DNA from: Schmidtea nova
Lineage: Eukaryota
DNA: 64,000 nucleotides
Assembly: GCA_044892505.1 (NCBI GenBank)
Contig: CM097883.1
Span: forward strand, 292,454,001 to 292,518,000
Reading direction: 5' to 3'
The translations under genes and the position numbers were made by a program. Shown in pieces: positions 12,945 to 22,918 of the stretch (its first letter is position 1; each line of letters opens with the position of its first letter). The notes under the pieces were generated by a model, which searched no databases, was not told the DNA's origin, and was given only the letters and a program-made list of their open reading frames with translations.

Positions 12945-13421
12945 ATGACTAAACACAGATTCACCATCAAAAAGCGACGAGAACGAGCCCGAATTAGCCC
13001 ATTAAAGCCGGCTCCATTTGAAATTTTGCAACAAATCCATCAAAAAATGTGGGCATGGCGCCGAGAGCTTGAAACCGCATGTCCATTTACAGTATGGGAC
13101 CATCCACGGCATCACGTATGGTACCCGGGATGCGCTAGCTGGCCAATCATTCCAGACGAGGAATTCGAATCATGGCACGCCGCCTGGTTCGTCCTGATGT
13201 TAGATAAACGGGGATTCCCGAGATGTGTAATCTATTGGGGGTTCATTCCAGCCTCCACATTCAAGGAATTGGGGTTCACTTTCCATACAGCAATACGACC
13301 CCTTCGGGAAGCCGAGAGGATCCGTTTTCAGCAGGCCTCGTCCAACTCCACTGGAATCAGCTCTCATCTACAAATCAGATCGATATTTTCGTACCGAGGG
13401 AAAGTGACCGAAGATGGATAG
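12945..13421 (+). CDS. LTR ORF1, 158 aa, Trp-rich, unknown function
   Basis: ATG ORF richer in GC than the flanks; identical protein in the 3' LTR; preceded by ttctag, followed by AATAAA. Confidence 0.65.
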   Translation: MTKHRFTIKKRRERARISPLKPAPFEILQQIHQKMWAWRRELETACPFTVWDHPRHHVWYPGCASWPIIPDEEFESWHAAWFVLMLDKRGFPRCVIYWGFIPASTFKELGFTFHTAIRPLREAERIRFQQASSNSTGISSHLQIRSIFSYRGKVTEDG

Positions 13422-13757
13422 TTGAATCAATGGCCACCTGTTCTAAATTAAATAAATGTTTTAGAGAAATCTGAAGTGTTTCATTTTGTTAATAGCGCTA
13501 TAATGTAGATGAGAAATTTATTAACCTCTAGTGTTGTAGATATTACAGTCAGTAGGACATTCTTTCACTAATGTAAAACAGTTGAGTAAGAATTTTGAGC
13601 CTCCAATCATTAAATAGAAAAATAATTTTTGTGTAAAGATTTAATACTTAAACACAGTAGTATGCATTTTTGCTCCTAAATCGTAAATAGTCACTTAATT
13701 AAAATGACCTTGTTGATAGGTTCTCCAGCGAATTTATCGTTATAATATTCAGACATC

Positions 13758-14342
13758 ATGCCGGTTTCAGAAAACTCGAAGAGAATCATGGGACAAATCC
13801 AAGATAGAAAGTTGAGGGACCAGCAGCGGCAGATCAAGCGACTCACGGTCGCCAATGATGAATTGAGAGCGAAGTGGTTCTCGCCCGAACAAATGAAGGA
13901 CCAATCGAAAAAACTCGAGCGAATGCAGGAAGCACTAACCGCAACTAAATTGGAACTAGACGCCGTCCAGAGAGAACTACGAAATTGCCTAAAGGCAGTA
14001 ACAAGAAGTTATATCGACTCCGAATTACGAGCGCTAATCCGGCCGATCATGGCTCAGCGCTGGACACAAAGTACTTATCAAGATGTCGCTTGCGGGACGG
14101 AAGATGGTATCATCATGGCCCCCACTCTTGTAACGGCCGATTTGCCTACTTTTCACAGTGATCCATCGAGAACAATGGCGTCAGCACCTGTCCTAAACCA
14201 ACAGCTTCGAAAACACCGAATGGGATCGCGACAGCGTCGTCGTCGCCGAGAATTTGCGAAGCGCCTGGACGAGCAAATCCACCACTTGAACTCCTTAACC
14301 GAAGCGGAGTTGATTCAGGAGATTAGTCTGGAGTTTGCGTAG
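13758..14342 (+). CDS. LTR ORF2, 194 aa, coiled coil plus Arg-rich motif
   Basis: Copy in the 3' LTR; diverged homologue at 61921-62406; RKHRMGSRQRRRRRE; AATAAA near 14385. Confidence 0.8.
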   Translation: MPVSENSKRIMGQIQDRKLRDQQRQIKRLTVANDELRAKWFSPEQMKDQSKKLERMQEALTATKLELDAVQRELRNCLKAVTRSYIDSELRALIRPIMAQRWTQSTYQDVACGTEDGIIMAPTLVTADLPTFHSDPSRTMASAPVLNQQLRKHRMGSRQRRRRREFAKRLDEQIHHLNSLTEAELIQEISLEFA

Positions 14343-14909
14343 GAAAACATCAGTGTCAGATAACAACCTGTTTTTTTTTATTTTAATAAAAGTGTTTTTT
14401 GTGTAAATTTTGTCTCTCATCGTGTGATTTCACTAAATAAAATAAATGACTCGATTAAATCATAGAAATAGAAAATCTCATCAGTATTTTTCTCGGACCG
14501 ACCGTTTCTACGTAGAGACTGATTAATTACCTTGTAGATCCGTTAAGGAAAGTGCAATTGGGGAAAGCGGGTGATAGATCATGAGGACAGGTAGTATAAA
14601 ATTCATGGGGAAACGAACATCCATAGAATGTAAATGCGTAAGACCTTCTATCGGCAGCAAGGACCCGAGGGAAGATAAATGGGGAGTAGTTTTGGCAACA
14701 AAGCTCACCTGCCCATCATTTTTCCACCACCGTATGCAGTACCAACTTGACTAGTAGGGAATAGGCAAGGGCATACGCGTGTAGTAGTCATGTTATGTAT
14801 GGTTATGGGCGTGGAATCCCTAGTATACGTACTCATCAATAGTCGTTCAATTTATGATTAACTATTTATTTGAATTACTTAAAACCCACCCATAATCCCA
14901 ACATAAATT

Positions 14910-14922
14910 TGGGGGCTCAGCC
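14910..14922 (+). promoter_or_regulatory. Primer-binding site, tRNA-Pro-like
   Basis: TGGGGGCTCAGCC 6 nt after the LTR; the first 9 nt match the canonical tRNA-Pro PBS TGGGGGCTCGTCC. Confidence 0.7.
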
Positions 14923-15250
14923 ATGATTCAACTTTGTTTTTATGCGGAAAAGGTGAACCCAATGACAACAAAGAGTTTTAAAATCAGAATTTTATGAGTA
15001 ACCGAAAGAGTAATCGAGACGAAAGCGAGTTGCGTAGAAATAGATAGTTATAGACAGAGAAGTAAAACAAATTGAGTAAATAAATACAACAACTCAATGA
15101 AATAGATAAAGTAAATAAATGCAATTATAAATAACAGGTAGGGACGACAATTTACCGAAACACGGGGGGAGGCTACAAACTGTCGAAAACGAAACACAGT
15201 ACTACTTTTCCAATAATATTAACACATTATTTAAATAAATTATCTAGGAA

Positions 15251-15712
15251 ATGGAGGAAAAACTGAAAGAAATCGAAGAATTTTTCAACACCGAGAACGA
15301 AACATTTGAGACAGTCTGCGAAAAAATAACCCGAATAAGAGCATCCGAATATGAGGAACCTACGACACAAACTGAGGAAACAACTGAGTTAATAAAAATC
15401 ATAGAGAAAGTAAATAAACTCGATATAAATACGCGATATAAATGGTACAAAGCACGATTAGAGGATGCCGAGTTGAATATCAGATGCCGACATATAGAAC
15501 AGCAGTTAAGCCTAACATATAACCGATGGATGTCGCAAGGGGTCGAGGCAGCAAAACAATATAAACAATGTTACATATGCGAAGACAGTGAAATCCAAAT
15601 AATGTTTCTACCATGCGGACATTTTCGATTCTGTAAAAACTGTGCGAATAAGTGTGATGAGTGCCCCATGTGCAATTTCTCTGTAGCTGATAAAATTGTA
15701 GTTTATTTATAA
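15251..15712 (+). CDS. 153-aa protein with C-terminal IAP/Mdm2-type RING-HC finger
   Basis: CYICEDSEIQIMFLPCGHFRFCKNCANKCDECPMC...KIVVYL at the extreme C-terminus, as in IAP RINGs; no BIR motif seen. Confidence 0.85.
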   Translation: MEEKLKEIEEFFNTENETFETVCEKITRIRASEYEEPTTQTEETTELIKIIEKVNKLDINTRYKWYKARLEDAELNIRCRHIEQQLSLTYNRWMSQGVEAAKQYKQCYICEDSEIQIMFLPCGHFRFCKNCANKCDECPMCNFSVADKIVVYL

Positions 15713-16185
15713 TAAATATTTAGAGTGTTAATATATTGTATCGAATGACAAAGTCAGGGGAGCAATCAACAATGTTAATTAATTTTTGAGCTACTGTCAA
15801 GTAGTCCGTTAAGCACCCATTGGGAGGTACCAGTTGATCAACCCACTCGGGGTATATAGAAAGGGGCCAATCGCAAATGTTGGAAAGCTTTTGTGATGTG
15901 ATTGATCACCACATCCCGCATTAGTAGACCAACGCGATCTTTTTGTATATTTTGGTTGGGGAGAGAAATAGGGAAAACCTTGATGAGGTAAGATGCGCGC
16001 AGAGAAAATAATAAAAATTGAATTATGACTGATCAGCGAAATAATTAGTAATAAAACAAAGAATCGAGGAATTATAGAGAAAAATAAGAGGTGCATAATC
16101 AGCTCGCATGAAATTGAGAGAACTCAGCTGAGAAATTGTAGTCGCTAGCGAAGTTAAGAATTACGATTAACCGGTTAAGGGAAAT

Positions 16186-16459
16186 TTATTAGAATTTGTC
16201 CCTTGAAACAAAGGGTTATTAGAATTTGTCCCTTGAAACAAAGGGTTATCAGCGGTTTGTCCCTTGAAACAAAGGGTTATTAGAATTTGTCCCTTGAAAC
16301 AAAGGGTTATCAGCGGTTTGTCCCTTGAAACAAAGGGTTATTAGAATTTGTCCCTTGAAACAAAGGGTTATCAGCGGTTTGTCCCTTGAAACAAAGGGTT
16401 ATTAGAATTTGTCCCTTGAAACAAAGGGTTATCAGCGGGTTGTCCCTTGAAACAAAGGG
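16186..16459 (+). repeat. Tandem array: 9 x gtcccttgaaacaaaggg with two alternating linkers (61-bp higher-order unit)
   Basis: Cores at 16198, 16228, 16259, 16289, 16320, 16350, 16381, 16411, 16442; linkers ttattagaattt and ttatcagcggttt. Confidence 0.97.
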
Positions 16460-16461
16460 TT

Positions 16462-16619
16462 GAGGCCAAAGAGCCATATTGAATGACCTAGCTAGGCGTT
16501 ATTGAGAGATATGATTTAAGGCCAATAGAGCCATTTGAGATAATTGAGATATGAATTTAAGGCCATAAGAGCCATTTGAGATAATTGATATTAATTAGAG
16601 GCCAAAGGAGCCAATAGGG
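16462..16619 (+). repeat. Degenerate repeats, 4 x ggcca-N2/3-gagcca, ~40-55-bp spacing
   Basis: ggccaaagagcca, ggccaatagagccatttgagataattg, ggccataagagccatttgagataattg, ggccaaaggagcca. Confidence 0.8.
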
Positions 16620-16632
16620 ATATCCGGATATA

Positions 16633-16905
16633 TAGCAACGGAGGGAATATAGGCCCAGGGTTGCAATTAGTTAAAATTAAAGGAAGATAGTAACGGAGGG
16701 AATATAAGCCCAGGGTTACAATTGTTGAGTAGCAACGGAGGGAATATAGGCCCAGGGTTGCAATTATTAAAAATTAAAGGAAGATAGTAACGGAGGGAAT
16801 ATAGGCCCAGGGTTACAATCGTTCGAGTAGCAACGGAGGGAATATAGGCCCAGGGTTGCAAGTGATAAGAAATAACAACAGAGGGAATATAGGCCCAGAG
16901 TTGTG
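16633..16905 (+). repeat. Tandem array: 6 x aacggagggaatataggcccagggtt with alternating linkers
   Basis: Six near-identical cores visible. Confidence 0.93.
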
Positions 16906-17419
16906 ATCGTCGACGATAATGAGAATAGTGCGCACCAGGAATTGAGAAATGCGAGTAAAGCTGATTATGCGACCTAAAATAATGCATGCAAGTAGAATTG
17001 AGAAATAGGAGCTGACCGGAAAGACCGGCAGAATTAATAATTAGAGGCTAGCAGAGAGAAAGATAAAGAGATGATAAAATAATAATCGAGTCAAATGACT
17101 CAGGGAATTAGAGCGTTCGAACGACAAATAAATTGGGAGACCGCGGGAAAAATAATTGATGTATTTTAATAACCGATAGATAATTGTTATGACTAAATAG
17201 ATAATTGTGACCAGTATATAGATAATTTAAATAGACTTAAATAAAGGGGAATCTGGGAATGGGGAAAAATAATAGAAACCCAGTAATGAGAAGTCCCGTA
17301 AAAAGGGAATAAAAGCGCAACGATGACAATAGAGTATCGTTGAAGTGACATTTGTATTTTAAATAAATCAATCAAACCAAACCAAGCAACCAAGGAAGAA
17401 AAGAATCGGAATACGATAA

Positions 17420-18801
17420 GACAGGAAAATTGAGTATACAAAAGTAATCCCGTTGAGAAAAGGAGAAAAGAGTGTCATAATAAAACCAACAGAGAAGAAA
17501 GTCGACAATAAAAGTAACAAAAAAGATCAGACCAGTACTACAACAAACCCAACAAAACAGAAGAAAGCCGGCAAAGATAGTAACAAAAACCCAAAGGGAA
17601 GTAAAGCAAGGCAGATAATAATACAAAAGTCGATTATCGAAAACGATAAATTATCAGTAACAAGCAACAGTTCAAGCAACAAAGAAAATCAAGCAGAACC
17701 CGAGAGAAACCCAATAAGCGAAATAGAAGTCGACAAAACCAACAACGATTATATAGAAGAAATAGAAGACGAAGTAGAACAAGAAACAGAAAGTGACGAT
17801 ACCGATAACGATAGTAAAACATCGGACAACGAATCAGCAAAGGAAACTGAGATCGACATAAATTCAAGTGACGAACATAACAGTGAACTAGAAACAAGAG
17901 GAAACGAAAGTAAAATAACTACAGACAGTGGAATTGAAATGAGCGAACCCAGAGAAGAGATAAAAGACAAATTTTCCGGAGAACCGTTTATTGGAGATGC
18001 GAGTAAACTGGAAACTTTCTTAAAGGAATTTGGCATATTCGTGGAAGTATGCAAGTGGAAACCAGAAACAACTGTAAGCAGAATTCAGCTATATTTAAAA
18101 GATAGCGCATTAGATCTATATTTGGAAGCAAAAAACGGAACTAATCCACCTACAAGTTGGTCAGCGATAAAGGACTTTTTCCAACAAACCTTCCGAATAA
18201 ATAAAGTATTGAATGAGGCATTCACGGAATTCTCAATGAGGAAACAAAAGATAAATGAATCGAATGCGGTATATGCAAGCGAATTGAAAAAGTTAGCAAA
18301 GTTGATCTTTAATCAAGACAGCCCAATAAATGAGGAGTTAATGGCAGCTATCTTTGTGGGAGGATTAAGAAGACCCGACATAAGAGCGCAAGTTGGATGT
18401 CAAGGTTGTAAACCATCGACCAAGCACTAGAAACAGCTAATAGATTTGAACTACACATGATAGGAAATGATGGTAGAATCTATTTAGCTATGGATACAGC
18501 ACAAAACGAACAAGAAGTGAACCTGAATAACCACATTCCAAATTCACAACAATTAAACCGACCACCACCGCAACGAAGGAATGAAGGGAATAAAGTATCA
18601 AACTACGGAAATCAAAGCAATTACAACCCCCAAGGACCAACGAAACAATGCAAAACATGTGGGAAATTGGGACATTGGCAACAAGAATGTTATCAGAACT
18701 TGAATTGTGGAAAATGTGGAGTAAAAGGACATTCAGAGAGCAGATGTTACACAATAACCTGTTTTAATTGTGGACGACCTGGACACCTATCAAGAAATTG
18801 C
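17420..18801 (+). CDS. gag: Gag: acidic/basic N-terminal extension, capsid domain and three CCHC knuckles; 1-nt frameshift at ~18410
   Basis: Ty3-like CA (FLKEF...LYLKDSALDLY...SWSAIKDFFQQTF...YASELKKLA...FVGGL); frame change restores TIDQALETANRFE; knuckles CKTCGKLGHWQQEC, CGKCGVKGHSESRC, CFNCGRPGHLSRNC at 18649-18801; start codon unresolved. Confidence 0.9.
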
Positions 18802-19401
18802 GGACAAAGAAGCAATCAACGAGGAAACTGGCAGAATACCGGAAACCGACAAAACTATGGAAACCAACCAACTGGTGGAAACCGACAGAATTATGGAAAT
18901 CAGCCAAATAATGGAAACCGACCGGAATACGGAAACCAACCAAATAGTAATAATAATAACCAAAATAAAAATACCACTAAAGAGATACATTTAATGCAAG
19001 AGGCTCAAAGATTGACGGAGCTGATAAACAATACAACCAGAGGAAATCCGCAAACAGGTCAACAACAAATCAACATGATGAGAAAAATAGAAAGCGAAAA
19101 CGAACGATTGAATCGGGAAAGCCAAGCACGACATGCTCAGGAATGGGCAAGAATACAAAGAGAAGAGGAACAAAAACAGCAAGAAAGAGAACGACAACCT
19201 CTAAGAATTAATATGATGAGAGCAACCAATCAAACAAATACCCACGAGAAAGAGACGGTGCCAGAAATGAATCCAACAAACCTGAATCCAACCAATAACG
19301 AAAGTCGAAAAGAAATAGTACCAGGAAGCGAAGAAACAGAAACAGAGAAGGAAGTAGAAAAAGAAGGGAACCAAGAAGAGAAAAGGAAACTCGGGAAAAG
19401 G

Positions 19402-21770
19402 GGAATGATGGTAATTTTGCCAAACAACCACGTGTTTCGATTCCAATATAACATAAAGGAAGAAGTAGGAATATTGTTCAACAAAGTGAATGAAATGGCT
19501 CCAGGAGTAACGAAACTGCCCAGAGAAGCATTCCTAAAAATAGAAGGTGCACCAGAAGTAAAATTGAAACTAACAGATACATGGGAAAACATGGGAGTAG
19601 TAGAGACAAAAAGAAATGTGATGGTAATCAAGGAAATAGAACCAGAAGGAATTCCATCGCCAGTGCGTCACGAAACACGAATCAGTCGAATATTTAAAGG
19701 GAAAATGATACGAAGACGGTTGCGAGAAATAGACGAGTTGGAACGAAAAATGAGAAAAGTCAAAGTAGTAGACGACGAGAGTAAATCAACACAAAAAACT
19801 ATCGGAAGGGAAACGAAACCAACGGAAAATCCACCAAATGAAACCAACCAAATAAAACACATTAACATGTTGAGAGGCCAGGCAAAGAATTTTTCAGACG
19901 ACGAAGAGGATAGTGACGTCAGTAGTCTAGCAGGGGACATGCTAAACGAACCAGAAATTGAAGACAAAAAGATAGAAGTAGTAAAGACACCAGAAACTAT
20001 TCAAGTAAAAGAGGACGAGATCCAGAAATTACTAGATAATGCGCTAGAAGTAATATATAATGAGGAATTCATTGACAAGAAACACTATCGAAAATTCATG
20101 AGAGCGATATTACAAATGAACTATAAAGAGTGGTTACCAGGCCGGGAAGTAGAAACACTAAGCCAATACGTAGGAAAATTATTAAAAGAACCACTCCATG
20201 AATATATAATACTAATACAGATAAAAACATGTTTGCCAAGGATTTGGATCAAAACTCCACTCACGGAGGATATTTATCAATGGGTAGAAGACAGATTAGG
20301 GAGTTCGTATAAGAACAAATTCCTCTATTCACAGAATGGACTAGTGAAGAAAAGGACGCACCTGATAGAAACAGGCATATGGCCAGGAGAGGTGACAACA
20401 TTATCGATATGCGATGATAAGATAGAAGAGAACCTACAAGAAGTAGCAAAGGAAGCAAATACGTGTTTCGAGAGAAAAATAAAACCACGGTTAGAGTACG
20501 AAAAAGGACGAATCTTACGAGGAAATCTAAATTCCATGATAGAACAAATCATCCCACAAATCAAAAAACATAGAAAGGAGTTAATGAGAAGCGAATACGA
20601 GAAGTTGAAACGATGTATCGAGTGCATACGTGACACAAGTCACACGAGATGGTCACAGATCTCATACGGAAAAGTAATTGCAAAAATGGGAAAAGCAATG
20701 TTCAGACAAGGGAAAATAACAGATCTAAAAATTTCAGTGGAACTGCCTAATGAGGATACCAAGGAAATTGAAGTGGTAGCAGATTGTACCATAAAAGAAT
20801 TAGTAAATGTCATCAACGAGACACTATTACAAAGAGAACCAGAAGAAGAATGGGAAGATGACATAATCATGAAATATAATGAACATGTATTATGGGATCA
20901 CGATGAAAGACGACTATATAAGATGGGTATATGGGACAATCACCAAACCATCCACGTTATCAGAATGGACGATACACCAAGAGAAACTGCTAAAGATGAG
21001 AAAAGAGAACGAGAACGACAAAAAGAAGTTGTGCACAAACTACAACAGATAGTAGACATTTATCGAAATTGGCGGATTTGGCCAGAATGGGAAAATGTAT
21101 TAGAAGAACTCAATCTCAACAGACGATTACGAACACCTGTAGAAAAGAAATGGAACGAGCGAGGAAAATGTTGGGAACCAAAAGCAGGCGAATACGAAGA
21201 AGAATATGAAATAGGCATAGAAGACGATCACAAACCGGAAACCGGAAGAGTCTGTATGGTAACAAGAAAAGCCATGCCAGCGGATTTAGACGGACAAGAA
21301 ACGGCAACCATGTGGTTGGAAAGAGAAAAACAAAAAACGGAAGAATTTGTCGAAATATAAAAAACCAATGCTCATGGCAAGAGAAAATTAGTAAAAGGTC
21401 TCGCAGATTTTTTCGTAGTTAATGGAGAAGACATAACATGCTTGCGTAAAGTAGCAAAAGCAATCGCCGAATACAAAAGAATTAACGAGTGGTGTCCAGA
21501 ACAATTGGATCACGTAATTAAAAAATGGAGAAACCAAGAATTCTCGCAGGAATCGCCACAGAAAGTACACCTAAGAATAGTATATCCGAACCAAGAAAAG
21601 GAAGAGTTTTGGGTAGGGATAGCGGAGAAAGTTCGAGACATTAAAAAGAAATTGAGATATGAACCACCATTCCATTTACAACACCAAGGACGATCATTAG
21701 ATAACAGCTTGGAAATTGGAATAACGCCAGCGCAATTAGATATCGCAAATACATTGACAGTGGCAGCAAT
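19402..21770 (+). CDS. Polyprotein segment with four ubiquitin-like domains; in-frame TAA at 21358-21360
   Basis: By-eye alignment to ubiquitin at ~19402-19632, ~20200-20412, ~20725-20967 (clearest: LKISVELPNEDTKEIEVVADCTIKELVNVINE...LYKMGIWDNHQTIHVI) and ~21562-21770 (FHLQHQGRSLDN). Confidence 0.65.
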
Positions 21771-22257
21771 AGCAGGTCAACCATTGAAATTGAAAGAGGA
21801 AAAGAAACCAAAAGGAAGTATGAGTACGCCGAGCCCAATGAAATCGGTAATGACTCCAGGAACAAGCTCAGAACAAGCTAGAACAACACCAAGAGAGACA
21901 AGAGAAAGAACACCACCAGAACCATACGATGTAGACGAAATTTTTACAGATAGCGATGATATGTTAGAGGAGTTAATAGAGCTAACAAAAGAGAAAGATG
22001 ATAATATTTTCGAAAGAATTCAAGAATTACCAACAGCAATACCGGTAACCAACACCGAAGATGAAGTCGAACAAGAAATAATCATAGAAGAAGTAAATGA
22101 AATAGCAGAAGAGGAAGCAAGGAGGGCAAATGTAGAAAATGTACAATTCACACAAGAAATGGAAAGATGGTTAGAAGAAAGAGCCAATGAACCAAGAGAC
22201 GTCACAGAAGAAACTGGACGAGAAACAAGATTAGTAGAAACGGGCACGACAATGGAT

Positions 22258-22281
22258 AAACGACCTAGAGGTAGACCCAAG
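22258..22281 (+). other. AT-hook motif KRPRGRPK in the polyprotein
   Basis: Canonical PRGRP core flanked by basic residues. Confidence 0.7.
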
Positions 22282-22419
22282 ATAGATCCAGCAAATGTAG
22301 TTATAAAATCAAGAGAGGAAAAAAGACGGGATCAATGGGATTTGTGTCTAAAGAAACTAAATAAAATAGCCGAAACGAAAGAAAAAGAAACAACACAAAC
22401 ATACCAAGGCGAAGAATGG

Positions 22420-22800
22420 ATATCAAAGATGTTAATGGAAATACTGGCAATAATCGATCCAGAAGTAAAGAAATGGTGGAGAATAAACGAAATAAGCGAA
22501 AGGGCGAAATCACTGCGCCATCGCACCAATCCTACCAGAACTAATAAAAGTAAAGACAAGGTCAAACCAGTTAGATTGGCAAGGAACCACGATGTTGATA
22601 AAGAAGTTAACGGAAGGAGCAGAGACGGATAACAAATATTTAATAGCTATGGCATACACCATTTACAATCTGCTGACACTGAGTAGAGGTCGACTGAAAC
22701 CCACAGCACTTGAAAGACATATAAAGAATACAGCCAAAATTATAGAGAAGGAAATAGAACCGTACATCATCAGTAAAGGAGGATGGGAAACATTCACAAA
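22420..22800 (+). CDS. Bcl-2-like domain; frameshift at ~22500
   Basis: KEIEPYIISKGGWETF versus Bcl-xL BH2 DHLEPWIQENGGWDTF; degenerate BH1-position helix KYLIAMAYTIYNLL. Confidence 0.75.
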
Positions 22801-22918
22801 AACGAACCAAAAGAAAAACCAAGCCAAAAATATGAAAAAGAAATTCGAAGAGATATTGGGAGAATTGGAAAAGGAAAAGTCGGGAACAGGAAACGGGAAA
22901 TCATCACTAAACTTGAGT

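Larger units (their letters stand above)
11553..14903 (+). repeat. 5' LTR, 3351 bp
   Basis: Direct repeat of 36902-40249; begins TG, ends CA. Confidence 0.97.

Noticed and set aside
14904-14908. Extending the LTR ends to include TAAAT
   Set aside because: The 7-bp terminal inverted repeat and TG...CA rule fix the ends at 14903 and 40249 and give a 4-bp TSD
15251-15712. Full IAP with BIR domain
   Set aside because: No CxxC-x16-H-x6-C BIR pattern in this ORF or elsewhere in the element by eye
16186-16459. CRISPR-like array (repeat contains TTGAAAC and a hairpin)
   Set aside because: Linkers are 12-13 nt and only two alternating sequences; no unique spacers, no cas genes, eukaryotic retroelement context
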